Positions 54,268 through 64,000 of a DNA stretch of 64,000 nt are shown here, piece after piece. The stretch is from an uncultured Acidobacteriota bacterium. Lineage in GTDB: Bacteria > Acidobacteriota > Blastocatellia > RBC074. The stretch covers positions 288,001 to 352,000 of the forward strand of contig CAWCKY010000001.1 in the NCBI GenBank assembly GCA_963796275.1. Reading direction: 5' to 3'. The position numbers were made by a program, and so were the translations under genes. A model generated the notes under the pieces. The model was not told where the DNA came from. It did not search any database and saw only the letters and a program-made list of their open reading frames with translations. Each line of letters begins with the position of its first letter. The stretch's first letter is position 1.

Positions 54268-55061
54268 AACTCGATCCATTCGCTTGGTCCATCATAACGG
54301 GCGATCTTAACGCGGCGGCCGGCGTCGGACGAGAAGAGCGGGAATCGCTCTTCCAGAGCCTGGATCGCCGCCAGCCGCACAATATCCGGATGATTCGTAT
54401 TGCGCGAGAGATGCGCGAGCACGATATGCCCAGCCCTCCCATCAAAATCTTCGCGAAGGAAGCGCGCCATCTCATCATTCGATGTATGGCCGTGCCGGCT
54501 TAGTATACGCTGCTTTAGCGCCCACGGGTAGAAAGTACAGGCTCGCAGCATTTCAATCTCATGATTCGCTTCGATGATGAGAACATCCGATCCGCGAAAC
54601 CGCTCAGCCGCCAGCCCATTGATATAGCCTAGATCGACGGCGATCCCCATTTTGACGCCTTTCGCTTCCACCGTGAAGGCCATGGGATCGACGGCGTCGT
54701 GCGGGATCATGAAGGGTCGGAAGCAAACCGACCCGATCTCGAATTCCTGCGATGGTCTGATCGCTTCTCCGCGGCGTACATCTCTGGTCTTATCGCCCAG
54801 ACCGCACGCATCGAGCGCCGCGGTGGAGACGAAAACCGGAACCTTAAGCAATCTTGAGAGCGCGGGGAATCCTCGCGCGTGATCTGAATGCTCGTGGGTG
54901 ACGACGATGGCGTCGAGTCGCGCCGGGTCCTCCCCGACCGCCTGAATACGCTTGATGGTCTCGCGCGCGCTCAGACCACAATCGATCAAGACGCGCGTCT
55001 CACCAGCGACGACCAGCGTCGCATTTCCGGAACTGCCGCTGCCGAGTATGCATATGCGCAT
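54264..55061 (-). CDS. MBL-fold hydrolase (YycJ/WalJ-like)
   Basis: [37 protein letters not shown]. Confidence 0.92.
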   Translation of the reverse strand: MRICILGSGSSGNATLVVAGETRVLIDCGLSARETIKRIQAVGEDPARLDAIVVTHEHSDHARGFPALSRLLKVPVFVSTAALDACGLGDKTRDVRRGEAIRPSQEFEIGSVCFRPFMIPHDAVDPMAFTVEAKGVKMGIAVDLGYINGLAAERFRGSDVLIIEANHEIEMLRACTFYPWALKQRILSRHGHTSNDEMARFLREDFDGRAGHIVLAHLSRNTNHPDIVRLAAIQALEERFPLFSSDAGRRVKIARYDGPSEWIEL

Positions 55062-55331
55062 TTACCAGATGCCCGATATAAATTTTTACCCGGGGTGTGA
55101 AAGGAACGCGAATCTTACCACATCCGCTGAGATTTGAATTTGTGATTTGAGAGCAAAAAATCAGGCCGCATCTTCCTGGCGGCACTATACTGACATCTGT
55201 TCCACGCGAGCGGCAGTATTACATACCTACAATCGGGCGGGCACATATGTGGGCAATAGATCGCCGTATTCTCCATGATCGATTTGCGGAAACAAATCTT
55301 GATGTAAACATGGAAGATTCAAGAAGATGAT

Positions 55332-56156
<825 letters not shown>

Positions 56157-56165
56157 CTGGTTACT

Positions 56166-57782
56166 TCATCTATCGCTGGCTCCCGCAATCAGATTGATCA
56201 ATCGTTCGCGGCGTGATCTTACCGGGGCTTCCATAACCACAAACGAAAGGATATAGAAGCCCAGACAAAAGATCAAAATCAGACACGAGACCCACCAGTA
56301 ACGCATATGCATGGTCTGATCCAACCGATCGCTGAAAAAGACCGCCACCCAGAGCGGGACGCTGATCCCGATGATGACCACCAGATTTGCGCAGAATGAG
56401 AGGCGGCTGTTCCACATCGCGTCGAAATTCAATCTTTTCGGCGAGAAGACCGAAGTCCACAATCCGATCGCGTTGAAGAGAAAGAGGCTCGCCACCGCTA
56501 TGCTCAGTATCATGACGATCATTCGCCAGGTGATCGTTTCACCGGCATAAAATATCAGCCACAAGCCAAACGCGACCATGACGGTGATCGTGCGTAACAA
56601 CAGCGAAGCCAGGCTGCCAGCCCGCAGAGCTTCCGCCAATGAGATCGGCAGAATGGCATAACGGCGTATGCCGGCATCATCGTACCCGAAGAGGTTGAAC
56701 ATGAGCGCCGCTCCGGTCGCGCTGCTCAAAATGAAAAAGATTGAGAGCGATAACAGAAAAACTCTATCCTGCCAATTCCACGGTAAAATATATTTTCCCA
56801 TCAGCACGATGATCGGCGAAGTTATCAGGCTGAAGCGGATGATATTTGAACGCAGATGATAACGAAGGGATTTACTAACTATCGGCCCATATCTGCCGCT
56901 CATTAAATTCCCGAGTTGATCGATCAAATCGCTACGGATGACAGTACCCGGAGCGGCGGACCGCGTGCTCGGGGAGCGCCGCTCGAGTCTCGTCAGACTA
57001 TAAGCCAACGCCGCGCACCAGATGAACAGCAGGCCAGTGCCCCCCAATTTGAGGGAGCCATCGCCCGACATCATTGCCGCCGCTGCACCGGGAGGAGTCA
57101 ATTGCAAAAATTGATCGAGCATAAGCCATATATCGAATCGGTGGGCGGCGACCAGCGACGCAATCGCCAGCGGACCGAACGAGACCAGGAGAATCACCAG
57201 AGCGCTGAATAGAGCGGTTCCGCTGCGCGTCTCTACTATAACGCCGGCGAGCGATAGCAAGACCGAGGTCGCCAGGTAACTCACGATGATGAAGAAAATG
57301 GCGGCGGGGAATACCGTCACAATCGATCCATGTCCGGTCCACGCCAAGCCGATCGCCAAACCGAATGCGCCCGCAACAACGATCAACCATACCGGATCGA
57401 GCAACCCGATCGCGTGCCGCACCAAAAATCGCTCCTGAGAATTCAATGGATAATGGCGGAGGGCTTCTTCCGAGAAAGCCGAGCGCGCGCCCAGGCCGAA
57501 GAGAATGCTCAGCCCGACCCCGTTAAAGAACAGCATCGTCAGACCCCATCTCGCGATCGATTCTCCTTCTCCCAACTCAATCGCGCCTTGCGCCATGCCC
57601 CAACCGACGAGCGAAAAAAACAACAGGCTGATTCCGCCGAGCAGGTAAAGAGCGAAGAAGAGTGCCATCCGCCCATTACTGGTGCGGGCTTGCGCCCAGA
57701 TAAGACGATAGCGAAGCCGGATCAGTACCCCGAATTTACGCGGGAATCCTGCCCAATTGATATGTTGCGAATCTACGTGCAC
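56166..57782 (-). CDS. ABC-2-type permease (multi-TM)
   Basis: About 12 hydrophobic segments; immediately upstream of the ABC ATPase. Confidence 0.75.
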   Translation of the reverse strand: MHVDSQHINWAGFPRKFGVLIRLRYRLIWAQARTSNGRMALFFALYLLGGISLLFFSLVGWGMAQGAIELGEGESIARWGLTMLFFNGVGLSILFGLGARSAFSEEALRHYPLNSQERFLVRHAIGLLDPVWLIVVAGAFGLAIGLAWTGHGSIVTVFPAAIFFIIVSYLATSVLLSLAGVIVETRSGTALFSALVILLVSFGPLAIASLVAAHRFDIWLMLDQFLQLTPPGAAAAMMSGDGSLKLGGTGLLFIWCAALAYSLTRLERRSPSTRSAAPGTVIRSDLIDQLGNLMSGRYGPIVSKSLRYHLRSNIIRFSLITSPIIVLMGKYILPWNWQDRVFLLSLSIFFILSSATGAALMFNLFGYDDAGIRRYAILPISLAEALRAGSLASLLLRTITVMVAFGLWLIFYAGETITWRMIVMILSIAVASLFLFNAIGLWTSVFSPKRLNFDAMWNSRLSFCANLVVIIGISVPLWVAVFFSDRLDQTMHMRYWWVSCLILIFCLGFYILSFVVMEAPVRSRRERLINLIAGASDR

Positions 57783-57792
57783 AGTAACTTAC

Positions 57793-57857
57793 GATAGTTG
57801 ATAGTTGATATAAATAATTACCGCGGTGAATACGAGCTATCAACTATCAACTAATTA
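57793..57857. repeat. Heptamer (TAGTTGA)n inverted repeat
   Basis: atagttgatagttgata...ctatcaactatcaacta. Confidence 0.75.
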
Positions 57858-57858
57858 A

Positions 57859-59181
57859 TCAACATTGCAAATGCGAACGATCGATTGTGAAGCCGTCCAG
57901 ATCGCCCAAAACCGTAACCGCCATTTCAGCCGGTTGGAATATCTGGTTTGCCACCCGGCGCACATCCTGCGCCGTGACCGCGTCAACGTTTACGATGATC
58001 TCATCGGGTGAGATGAAGCGGCCCAATGTCATCTCCTGCTGCGCCAGCGAACTCATGCGTGAGGACGTCGATTCGAGATTGAGCATCAAGGATGCTTTCA
58101 ATTGATCCTTGTTGCGCTCTAATTCTTCTTCCTCAATCAATTCTGATTTGATCCGGACTAGTTCTTCCATCGTAGCTGCAACCGTTTCGTCAAGCTGTTC
58201 GGTCGAAGCGGCGGCATAAATGCTCATGTAACCGCAATCACTGAATGGGTTCGCGGAGGCGAAAATGGTATATACGAGCCCTCTCTCCTCACGTATCGCC
58301 TGAAACAGCCGCGAGCTCATTCCACCGCCTAGAATGACGGACAGGATAGTGGTTGTATATCGGTCTTCGCTAACCGACGAGGGGCATGGCGAACCTATCA
58401 CAAGATGCGATTGCTCGAGCTCGCTTTTGTGCCTGAGGGTTATCGGAGCGGCCGCGACTGGGGGCGTATAGCTCAAGGGAAAGTTGCGCGATCTCATATC
58501 TCCCAAATAGGTCTGCGCCAGATCGATCAACTGGTCATGTTCCAGATTACCCCCAGCCGCAATCACCAGATTGTCCGGCGCGTATAGTTCTTCGTAATAG
58601 GATCGCACGACATCGGGTTTAAATGTCAAAAGTGATTCCGGAGTGCCCAGGATCGGACGTCCGAGCGGGTGGTCCGGATAGAAGTTCTCGCAAAAAATGT
58701 CGAAGATGTAATCATCAGGCGTATCCTCAACCATTTTGATCTCTTCGAGGATGACATTGCGCTCTTTTTCCAGTTCGGATGGATTGAATGCCGGATCGGT
58801 AACCAGATCCGCCATAAGTTCAAAAGCCCGCGGAAGATGTTGATCGAGAACTTTGTTGTAGTAGCCGACGATTTCGCGGCCGGTGAATGCATCCAGATGC
58901 CCGCCAAGCGTGTCGGATTCGGCCGCTATTTGCGCCGCTGAGCGCCTGCGCGTCCCTTTGAAGAGAGCGTGTTCGATGAAATGCGTGAGTCCATGCCGGC
59001 GGTTATCCTCATTGCGCGAGCCTCCTCGTAAAAAAACGCCGAAACTCACCGAACGAACATGCGCCACTTTCTCAGAGACAATCACGAGACCATTATCAAG
59101 CCTCGTTTTGCGTACATCAAAATTGAGATTCGTTGATCTCTCCTGAGTCGATCTTCCATCAGTGCCTGATTTTGATTCCAT
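57859..59181 (-). CDS. M16-family zinc peptidase
   Basis: [11 protein letters not shown] (HxxEH), [25 protein letters not shown]; start uncertain. Confidence 0.95.
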   Translation of the reverse strand: MESKSGTDGRSTQERSTNLNFDVRKTRLDNGLVIVSEKVAHVRSVSFGVFLRGGSRNEDNRRHGLTHFIEHALFKGTRRRSAAQIAAESDTLGGHLDAFTGREIVGYYNKVLDQHLPRAFELMADLVTDPAFNPSELEKERNVILEEIKMVEDTPDDYIFDIFCENFYPDHPLGRPILGTPESLLTFKPDVVRSYYEELYAPDNLVIAAGGNLEHDQLIDLAQTYLGDMRSRNFPLSYTPPVAAAPITLRHKSELEQSHLVIGSPCPSSVSEDRYTTTILSVILGGGMSSRLFQAIREERGLVYTIFASANPFSDCGYMSIYAAASTEQLDETVAATMEELVRIKSELIEEEELERNKDQLKASLMLNLESTSSRMSSLAQQEMTLGRFISPDEIIVNVDAVTAQDVRRVANQIFQPAEMAVTVLGDLDGFTIDRSHLQC

Positions 59182-59284
59182 TCGCCCATCATACGACAGC
59201 AACTCTTATCGCCCCAAACCTTTATTAACGGGACATAAAATCCCGATGCTTTTAAGTAGTTATACCTAGGAGGAATATGATTGG

Positions 59285-59335
59285 TGTCGTCAATTGTTGA
59301 CAGGGACATGCCTTCCATGTCCACAATATTAGACA
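59285..59335. promoter_or_regulatory. Two tandem TGTC-N10-GACA palindromes, putative bEBP upstream activator sites
   Basis: TGTCGTCAATTGTTGACA (59285-59302) and TGTCCACAATATTAGACA (59318-59335), 33 bp apart, ~100-150 bp upstream of the -24/-12 site. Confidence 0.6.
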
Positions 59336-59433
59336 TCGATGCTGGTGATTAGAAATCCAAAAAAATGAATTGGGGATGATAAATCACTCTGTTTTATTTA
59401 TTTATACATATTGGAGCTTTGCGGGGATGCTTA

Positions 59434-59449
59434 TGGCACGGTCATTGCT
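59434..59449 (+). promoter_or_regulatory. Sigma-54 (-24/-12) promoter
   Basis: TGGCACG-GTCA-TTGCT matches TGGCACG-N4-TTGCW; predicted TSS ~59461. Confidence 0.8.
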
Positions 59450-59648
59450 AAGAGTATATATCGTAAAACAAAAAGAACCGGGTAATCTTCAAGGTTCGAG
59501 AATTCATTTTGCAAAAATTAAACCAGACGGAAGGATCGTTACGGGCAGCTCGAGTTTACGGGTTTGACCTCACAATCGACACGGCTTCGACGCGCCGCGC
59601 GGTTCTTCCGAAACAGGTAGATGGTTTGGAGCGCTGCTCCCAAGGGAA

Positions 59649-59768
59649 TGTAGTGATCGGTTAAAGAAAAGGACACGGGGGTCGGATTTAGCCGGTAACT
59701 ACAGCTTCGATTCGCAGGTTACGCCACGCAGGGAACGGGGCACACTGTTTGGCGTAACTTGCGAATCG
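59649..59768 (+). ncRNA. Two-hairpin RNA module, copy 1
   Basis: Stem A TGTAGTGATCGGTTAAA/TTTAGCCGGTAACTACA with loop containing GGACACGGGGGTCGGA; stem B CGATTCGCAGGTTACGCCA/TGGCGTAACTTGCGAATCG with loop GGAACGGGGCACA. Confidence 0.75.
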
Positions 59769-59852
59769 GCCGAAAGGCTGGGCTACGAATAAATTCCCTG
59801 AGGTAGAGCCCAAGATTTTTGAGTTATTGTTCTTGCGGTTTTGAAAGATCTT

Positions 59853-59973
59853 TGATTCTCAGTCGGAAATACGGGATAGATGCTCTATTGGATTTTGAGA
59901 ATCACAAGTTTCGATTCTCAGGTTGCTCTGCCTGGAGAACGGGGCACGCCAGGTGGTGCGACCTGAGGATCGA
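59853..59973 (+). ncRNA. Two-hairpin RNA module, copy 2 (most divergent)
   Basis: Stem A TGATTCTCA/TGAGAATCA with AATACGGGAT; stem B TCGATTCTCAGGTTGC/GCGACCTGAGGATCGA, inner CCTGG/CCAGG, loop AGAACGGGGCACG. Confidence 0.7.
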
Positions 59974-60046
59974 TACCTAGAATTGAAAATTCTGTAATTG
60001 ATAATTCTTTGAAAGATAATCGTCGAGCGCATCGCTCCGATTTGAG

Positions 60047-60166
60047 ATTGTAATTGTCAGTTGGAAAAGACACGGGGGTCGGATTTTAGCTGTCAATTAC
60101 AATAGCGATTCGCAGGTTACGTCATTCGGAGAACGGGGCACACCGTGTGGCGTAGCTTGCGGATCG
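60047..60166 (+). ncRNA. Two-hairpin RNA module, copy 3
   Basis: Stem A ATTGTAATTG-CAGTTGGAA/TTTTAGCTG-CAATTACAAT with loop AAGACACGGGGGTCGGA; stem B CGATTCGCAGGTTACGTCA/TGGCGTAGCTTGCGGATCG with loop AGAACGGGGCACA. Confidence 0.75.
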
Positions 60167-60271
60167 AACAAAAGAGTTGAGAACACAGCAGTCTTTAGTC
60201 CGTAGTCTTTATACACAGCATATACACAGATATAGAATTTGACGATTTGGGAGCAGGGCTCTCAAAGGTAA

Positions 60272-60391
60272 TGTAGTGATCGGTTAAAGAAAAGGACACG
60301 GGGGTCGGATTTAGCCGGTGACTACAGCTTCGATTCGCAGGTTACAGCATACAGGGAACGGGGCACACTGTTTGGTGTAGCTTGCGAATCG
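60272..60391 (+). ncRNA. Two-hairpin RNA module, copy 4 (near-identical to copy 1)
   Basis: About 7 substitutions versus copy 1 by manual alignment, including a compensatory G-C to A-T pair in stem B. Confidence 0.75.
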
Positions 60392-60611
60392 GTTGCATTT
60401 TGAGCAAAGATTTTGGTAGAGCGCGGTCCCCACACTGCGCTTGTCACTCTTAAGGCTGAAACCCACTCAGCCCGAATGTGGCATCGAGCCCTCACAATCA
60501 TGTCCACAAATAATGTCTTCTCCCGCTACTAAGGGCTTCTCCTACTTGAGGCCCAAGGGCTCATGTGGTTTTTTCCGTAAGGCACTGATGTGCAGTGAGG
60601 GTCCTCACCCC

Positions 60612-60665
60612 AGCAATAATGGGCTGCTAGCAGTCTGAAAAGGCTACTGGCAGCCCAATGTTGCT
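60612..60665 (+). terminator. Long hairpin closing the non-coding locus (possible terminator or 3' stabiliser)
   Basis: GGGCTGCTAG-C-AGTC tgaaaa GGCT-A-CTGGCAGCCC with flanking AGCAAT/GTTGCT; U-tract weak. Confidence 0.4.
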
Positions 60666-60677
60666 TTACGGGCGCTA

Positions 60678-60686
60678 TGTTATACT
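60678..60686 (+). promoter_or_regulatory. Extended -10 promoter for the sbcD-like gene
   Basis: TGtTATACT ~55 nt upstream of ATG 60743. Confidence 0.45.
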
Positions 60687-60742
60687 GCCTTGCGCAATTT
60701 CAGCATAATGACTAAGTATAACGATTAAGCATTAATCACTCG

Positions 60743-62011
60743 ATGACTAGGTTTCTTCACATCGCTGACATTCATCTGGGCATCCGGCGTTACCGTTCCG
60801 AAGATCGAGCACGCGACTTCTTTCTCGCATGGCGGGACTGCATCGAACGCTATGCCCTCGCCGAAAAAGTATCGTTCGTGCTGATCGCCGGCGATCTCTT
60901 CGATGCCCGCAAGGTCGAGCCCCAGGCGATGAATCAGGCGATGTTCTGCCTCTCGAAATTGCGCGACGCCGGGATACCCGTCGTAGTCATTGAGGGTAAC
61001 CATGACTGTCACGAGGCCGAGAAGCGATTCAGTTGGTTGCGCAGCCTATCGCAATGGGGATTCATCCATCTGCTCGAACCGATATATGGTGAAAGCGGCT
61101 TGAGACTGCTCCCGTGGGATGCCGATTCCAGGACAGGATCATTCATCGACATAGACGGCGCGCGCATCTTCGGCTCGATCTGGTATGGATCGACTGTCAG
61201 TCAGGCGCTCCCAGGGTTGATCGATGAATTGCGCAACCACCACAGCGACCGCCATTTTAACATAATGATGCTCCATACCGATGTCGAGGGCCAGCTCAAC
61301 CGCCCGATTCCCGCGCTGACGGTGTCGAAGATCAATGAACTTCGGTCATATATCGACTACCTGGCTCTCGGTCATACTCACAAAAACTTCGAGATCGACG
61401 GCTGGGTGTACAACCCGGGTTCGCTCGAGGCTTGCAATGTTGACGAATATGCGAATGTGCGCGGGGCGTATCTGGTGGAAATCAAAGATGGCCGGCATAA
61501 CGCTCAACTCGTCCGCGATTATCATCAGCGGCCGGTAGTGCGGCTGAGTATCGATGTGAGGGGGCGCGCTACGCCTGAAGAACTGCACGAAGCCTTGTTC
61601 GATCAGCTTCGCTGCCAATTAACTCCTCATAATCCGGCTGAAAACGGTTCTCCCGCTCCGGTCATCGAGCTTTCATTACGGGGTCATCTCGGATTTAAAA
61701 ATTCGCTTCTCGAAATAAATCGCATTCGGGATGAGATCAAAGTAGAATTCAAACCGCTCCTCACGATCGTAAGAAATCAGACTATCCCCATCGAATACGC
61801 GGTCGCCGCGGGAATCAGCGAGCATATTTCGCGTGCCGAACGTGAACGCATGGTGATTGAAGATTTGATCGCACGAGACACGCGGTTCCGCGAGCAAACA
61901 ACCGTCATGGCCGGACTGGTACTTGAAGCCAAGCGCCTGGCGCTTACTGATGAGCTGCCTTCAAAAATTGTCGAACTGATCGAAGAACGTCTCGCTCAGT
62001 CTGGAAATTAG
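60743..62011 (+). CDS. sbcD: SbcD/Mre11-family DNA repair exonuclease
   Basis: [36 protein letters not shown]. Confidence 0.9.
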   Translation: MTRFLHIADIHLGIRRYRSEDRARDFFLAWRDCIERYALAEKVSFVLIAGDLFDARKVEPQAMNQAMFCLSKLRDAGIPVVVIEGNHDCHEAEKRFSWLRSLSQWGFIHLLEPIYGESGLRLLPWDADSRTGSFIDIDGARIFGSIWYGSTVSQALPGLIDELRNHHSDRHFNIMMLHTDVEGQLNRPIPALTVSKINELRSYIDYLALGHTHKNFEIDGWVYNPGSLEACNVDEYANVRGAYLVEIKDGRHNAQLVRDYHQRPVVRLSIDVRGRATPEELHEALFDQLRCQLTPHNPAENGSPAPVIELSLRGHLGFKNSLLEINRIRDEIKVEFKPLLTIVRNQTIPIEYAVAAGISEHISRAERERMVIEDLIARDTRFREQTTVMAGLVLEAKRLALTDELPSKIVELIEERLAQSGN

Positions 62012-62049
62012 TCCCAACTTCGAGCACAATTGCCTGCCGCTTTCGTTTT

Positions 62050-63417
62050 ATGGATAGAGTATTATTGTTTTTAAGCATAGTGATTCTTTTGCAGAGCCTG
62101 TTCGCGCTGGGGGGCGTCGTCCGCTTCGCGCTTTACGCTTTGCGCCGTCAGCCCATACGTCCGAATCGCTATCAGCCGAAAGCCGCTCTCATAGTTCCCT
62201 GCCGGGGTCTCGAACACGATTTCGAGGATAATATCCGCGCCTATATGATTCAGGATTACCGAGATTACGAGATAATCCTCGTCACCGAGAGCGAATCCGA
62301 TCCGGCTTATCCGATTCTGATGAAATTGATCAAGTCTTCACGCCGGCCTGTCTGGATGGTGGTGGCTGGGGAGGCGAAAGCGCAGGGACAAAAGGTTCAT
62401 AATCTCTGTGCGGCAATCGATATGCTCAATTCGATCGACCGTCGCACTGAAGTCCTGGTCTTCGCCGATTCCGATGCGCACGTAGGGCGCAAATGGCTCA
62501 GCGAACTGGTCAACCCGCTAGGCGATAAGAAGACGGGCGCCACCACCGGATTTCGCTGGTTTTTGCCGGCGCATGAGCAGAGATGGATCGGAAACAGGTT
62601 CGCGTCGATTCTCCTCTCGATCTGGAACGCCGGCGCTCTGTCATTACTGGGCGAACGTTCCGGCTTCGCGTGGGGCGGTTCGATGGCGATCCGGCGCGAA
62701 ACTTTTGATAAACTGGGGATAAAAGACGGTTGGCACGGATCGGTCAGCGACGATTATGTTCTTACAGCCGCAATACACCGAGCCGGAAAATCCATAAAAT
62801 TTGTTCCCAGGTGCCTAGTTCCCTCCTACGCCGAATCAACCCTCAAGCAATTGCTAGAATTCACTACCCGGCAGATGCGCATCACCCGCGTCTATTCACC
62901 GAGGATTTGGAAACTGGCTTGCCTGACGCATTGTCTCTACAACCTCACCTTGTGGATCGGACTGTTCCGCCTCTTTTCGCAAGGTTTTGCAGGTGTAGGT
63001 AATCATCTGCTGGCCTGGTTACTTATCGTCATCTTCGCCCTCGGATCGATGAGCGGATGGATCAGAGTGGGAGTGGCGGCCGATTTACTACCGGGGGACC
63101 GCGAGCGAGCTCAGCGGATATGGTGGGCATTCGCGCTGCTGGGGCCTGTTATATCGGCCCTCTACCTCTACAATATCGTCGCTTCGGCCGGAACGAGGCG
63201 CATCATCTGGCGCGGCATCGAATATGACATGATCTCGCCGAGCGAAACGGTCATCCGGCATCGCCCGTCGGAATTGACTGAAGTCATAAACCAGGAATCT
63301 GAAGTCAGAACTCAAAAATCTAGAATCAAAAAACAGAAGTCAAGGATTAAAAAGCTGCAATTAGAAGACGGCAGCCAAGAGACGGGGATGGGTAGCAAAA
63401 AAAGACAAAACAGTTGA
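62050..63417 (+). CDS. GT2/GT21 membrane glycosyltransferase (ceramide glucosyltransferase / HpnI-like)
   Basis: [39 protein letters not shown]. Confidence 0.85.
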   Translation: MDRVLLFLSIVILLQSLFALGGVVRFALYALRRQPIRPNRYQPKAALIVPCRGLEHDFEDNIRAYMIQDYRDYEIILVTESESDPAYPILMKLIKSSRRPVWMVVAGEAKAQGQKVHNLCAAIDMLNSIDRRTEVLVFADSDAHVGRKWLSELVNPLGDKKTGATTGFRWFLPAHEQRWIGNRFASILLSIWNAGALSLLGERSGFAWGGSMAIRRETFDKLGIKDGWHGSVSDDYVLTAAIHRAGKSIKFVPRCLVPSYAESTLKQLLEFTTRQMRITRVYSPRIWKLACLTHCLYNLTLWIGLFRLFSQGFAGVGNHLLAWLLIVIFALGSMSGWIRVGVAADLLPGDRERAQRIWWAFALLGPVISALYLYNIVASAGTRRIIWRGIEYDMISPSETVIRHRPSELTEVINQESEVRTQKSRIKKQKSRIKKLQLEDGSQETGMGSKKRQNS

Positions 63418-63442
63418 CACTTTTCCCTTAATAATCGACAAT
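63414..63442 (+). promoter_or_regulatory. Sigma-70-type promoter
   Basis: TTGACA-N17-GACAAT upstream of the ORF at 63585. Confidence 0.45.
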
Positions 63443-63584
63443 TTGGTGCGAAGCTCTAAAAATGGACACACCAAGCAAGCGCTGGGATTCGAGTTTAGTG
63501 ATTTCCTTCAGGAAGCCTTTTCTGTTCACTGCTGAAAAATGAGCGACCGGCAGTGGGCAATGGTCATTGAAAGGCAGAAGACTT

Positions 63585-64000
63585 ATGAAGAAAGCAGTAA
63601 ATCTTTTGATCGTGAGCTGCATGCTGGGCGCACTTTCGATCGCTCCCGCCTCAACTATCGGATTATCTCCCGGTCTGGTCGAGGCATCACCATCGCTGGC
63701 GCTCGTTACTGGCACAGTGAAGGATGAACACGGTTCGCCGCTGTTGGGAGCGGTTGTGGCCTTGCTCCAACCGCAGCCTCGTGGCAAAGAGCTGATGAGC
63801 GTCAAGACAGACGCTCACGGAAAATTCTCGGCCAATATCGCGCCGGGCATCTATCGCCTGCGCGCTACTGCCGAAGGGTTCGTTGCCAGACTGCTTCCGC
63901 GCATCAATATCGACCGACCGGTAAGAGTCATCTATGACTTTCAACTCAAACGCACCAATACCCTGGTGCAAAAGCGGGGCGACAGTGACGATTACCGGTG
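63585..64000 (+). CDS. Secreted protein with carboxypeptidase-regulatory-like domain, runs off window end
   Basis: Manual translation [17 protein letters not shown]...[20 protein letters not shown]...TDAHGKF...[13 protein letters not shown]. Confidence 0.8.
   Translation, partial: MKKAVNLLIVSCMLGALSIAPASTIGLSPGLVEASPSLALVTGTVKDEHGSPLLGAVVALLQPQPRGKELMSVKTDAHGKFSANIAPGIYRLRATAEGFVARLLPRINIDRPVRVIYDFQLKRTNTLVQKRGDSDDYR

Noticed and set aside
59649-60391. CRISPR array or guide-RNA (TIGR-like) array
   Set aside because: Units are ~120 nt, loops are conserved rather than variable, linkers are irregular, and no cas or Tas-like gene is present.
59649-60391. Minus-strand C-rich-loop RNA (6C-like)
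   Set aside because: Stem variants form G-U pairs on the + strand but A-C mismatches on the - strand, and the sigma-54 promoter points along +.
59082-60638. Short ORFs 59082-59336, 59370-59567, 60322-60507 and 60441-60638
   Set aside because: No recognisable motifs or RBS. They overlap promoter elements or RNA stems, and substitutions between repeat copies preserve base pairing rather than a reading frame.
59461-60665. tmRNA, RNase P RNA, SRP RNA, tRNA or a known riboswitch
   Set aside because: No tRNA-like ends, no GAGGAAAGUCC, no SRP GGAA tetraloop motif, and no aptamer consensus that I recognise.

Overview
A roughly 55% GC bacterial chromosomal segment. Two Acidobacterial-type VWA proteins, bshA/bshB1, a carboxypeptidase-regulatory-domain protein and heptamer intergenic repeats suggest Acidobacteriota (Blastocatellia-like); this is inference. 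It is almost all housekeeping and metabolic genes: coaA, pyrE-truA-uppS-cdsA-dxr-rseP, bshA-bshB1, sua5, yacG-3xTlpA-pyk, F420-dependent enzymes, a citE/MaoC/ACAD cluster, moxR-DUF58-tgpA, ggt, purS/purB and sbcD. I found no rRNA, tRNA, transposase, phage or cas genes. The standout is the ~1.5 kb non-coding region 59200-60740. It has two TGTC-N10-GACA enhancer-like palindromes and a consensus sigma-54 promoter (TGGCACG-N4-TTGCT). These are followed by four ~120-nt two-hairpin units at ~200-nt spacing, whose stems show compensatory changes and G-U pairs on the + strand and whose loops conserve ACGGG(G). A run of CC(C/U)AC-loop hairpins and a long closing hairpin come next. This looks like a sigma-54-controlled multi-module regulatory RNA that I do not recognise. 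Secondary observations: a second structured RNA candidate (42776-42929, - strand), a DUF4127/degenerate GH84 fusion, an orphan KS-alpha-like ketosynthase, and a 1-nt frameshifted acyl-CoA dehydrogenase. All calls come from reading the sequence; no searches were run.
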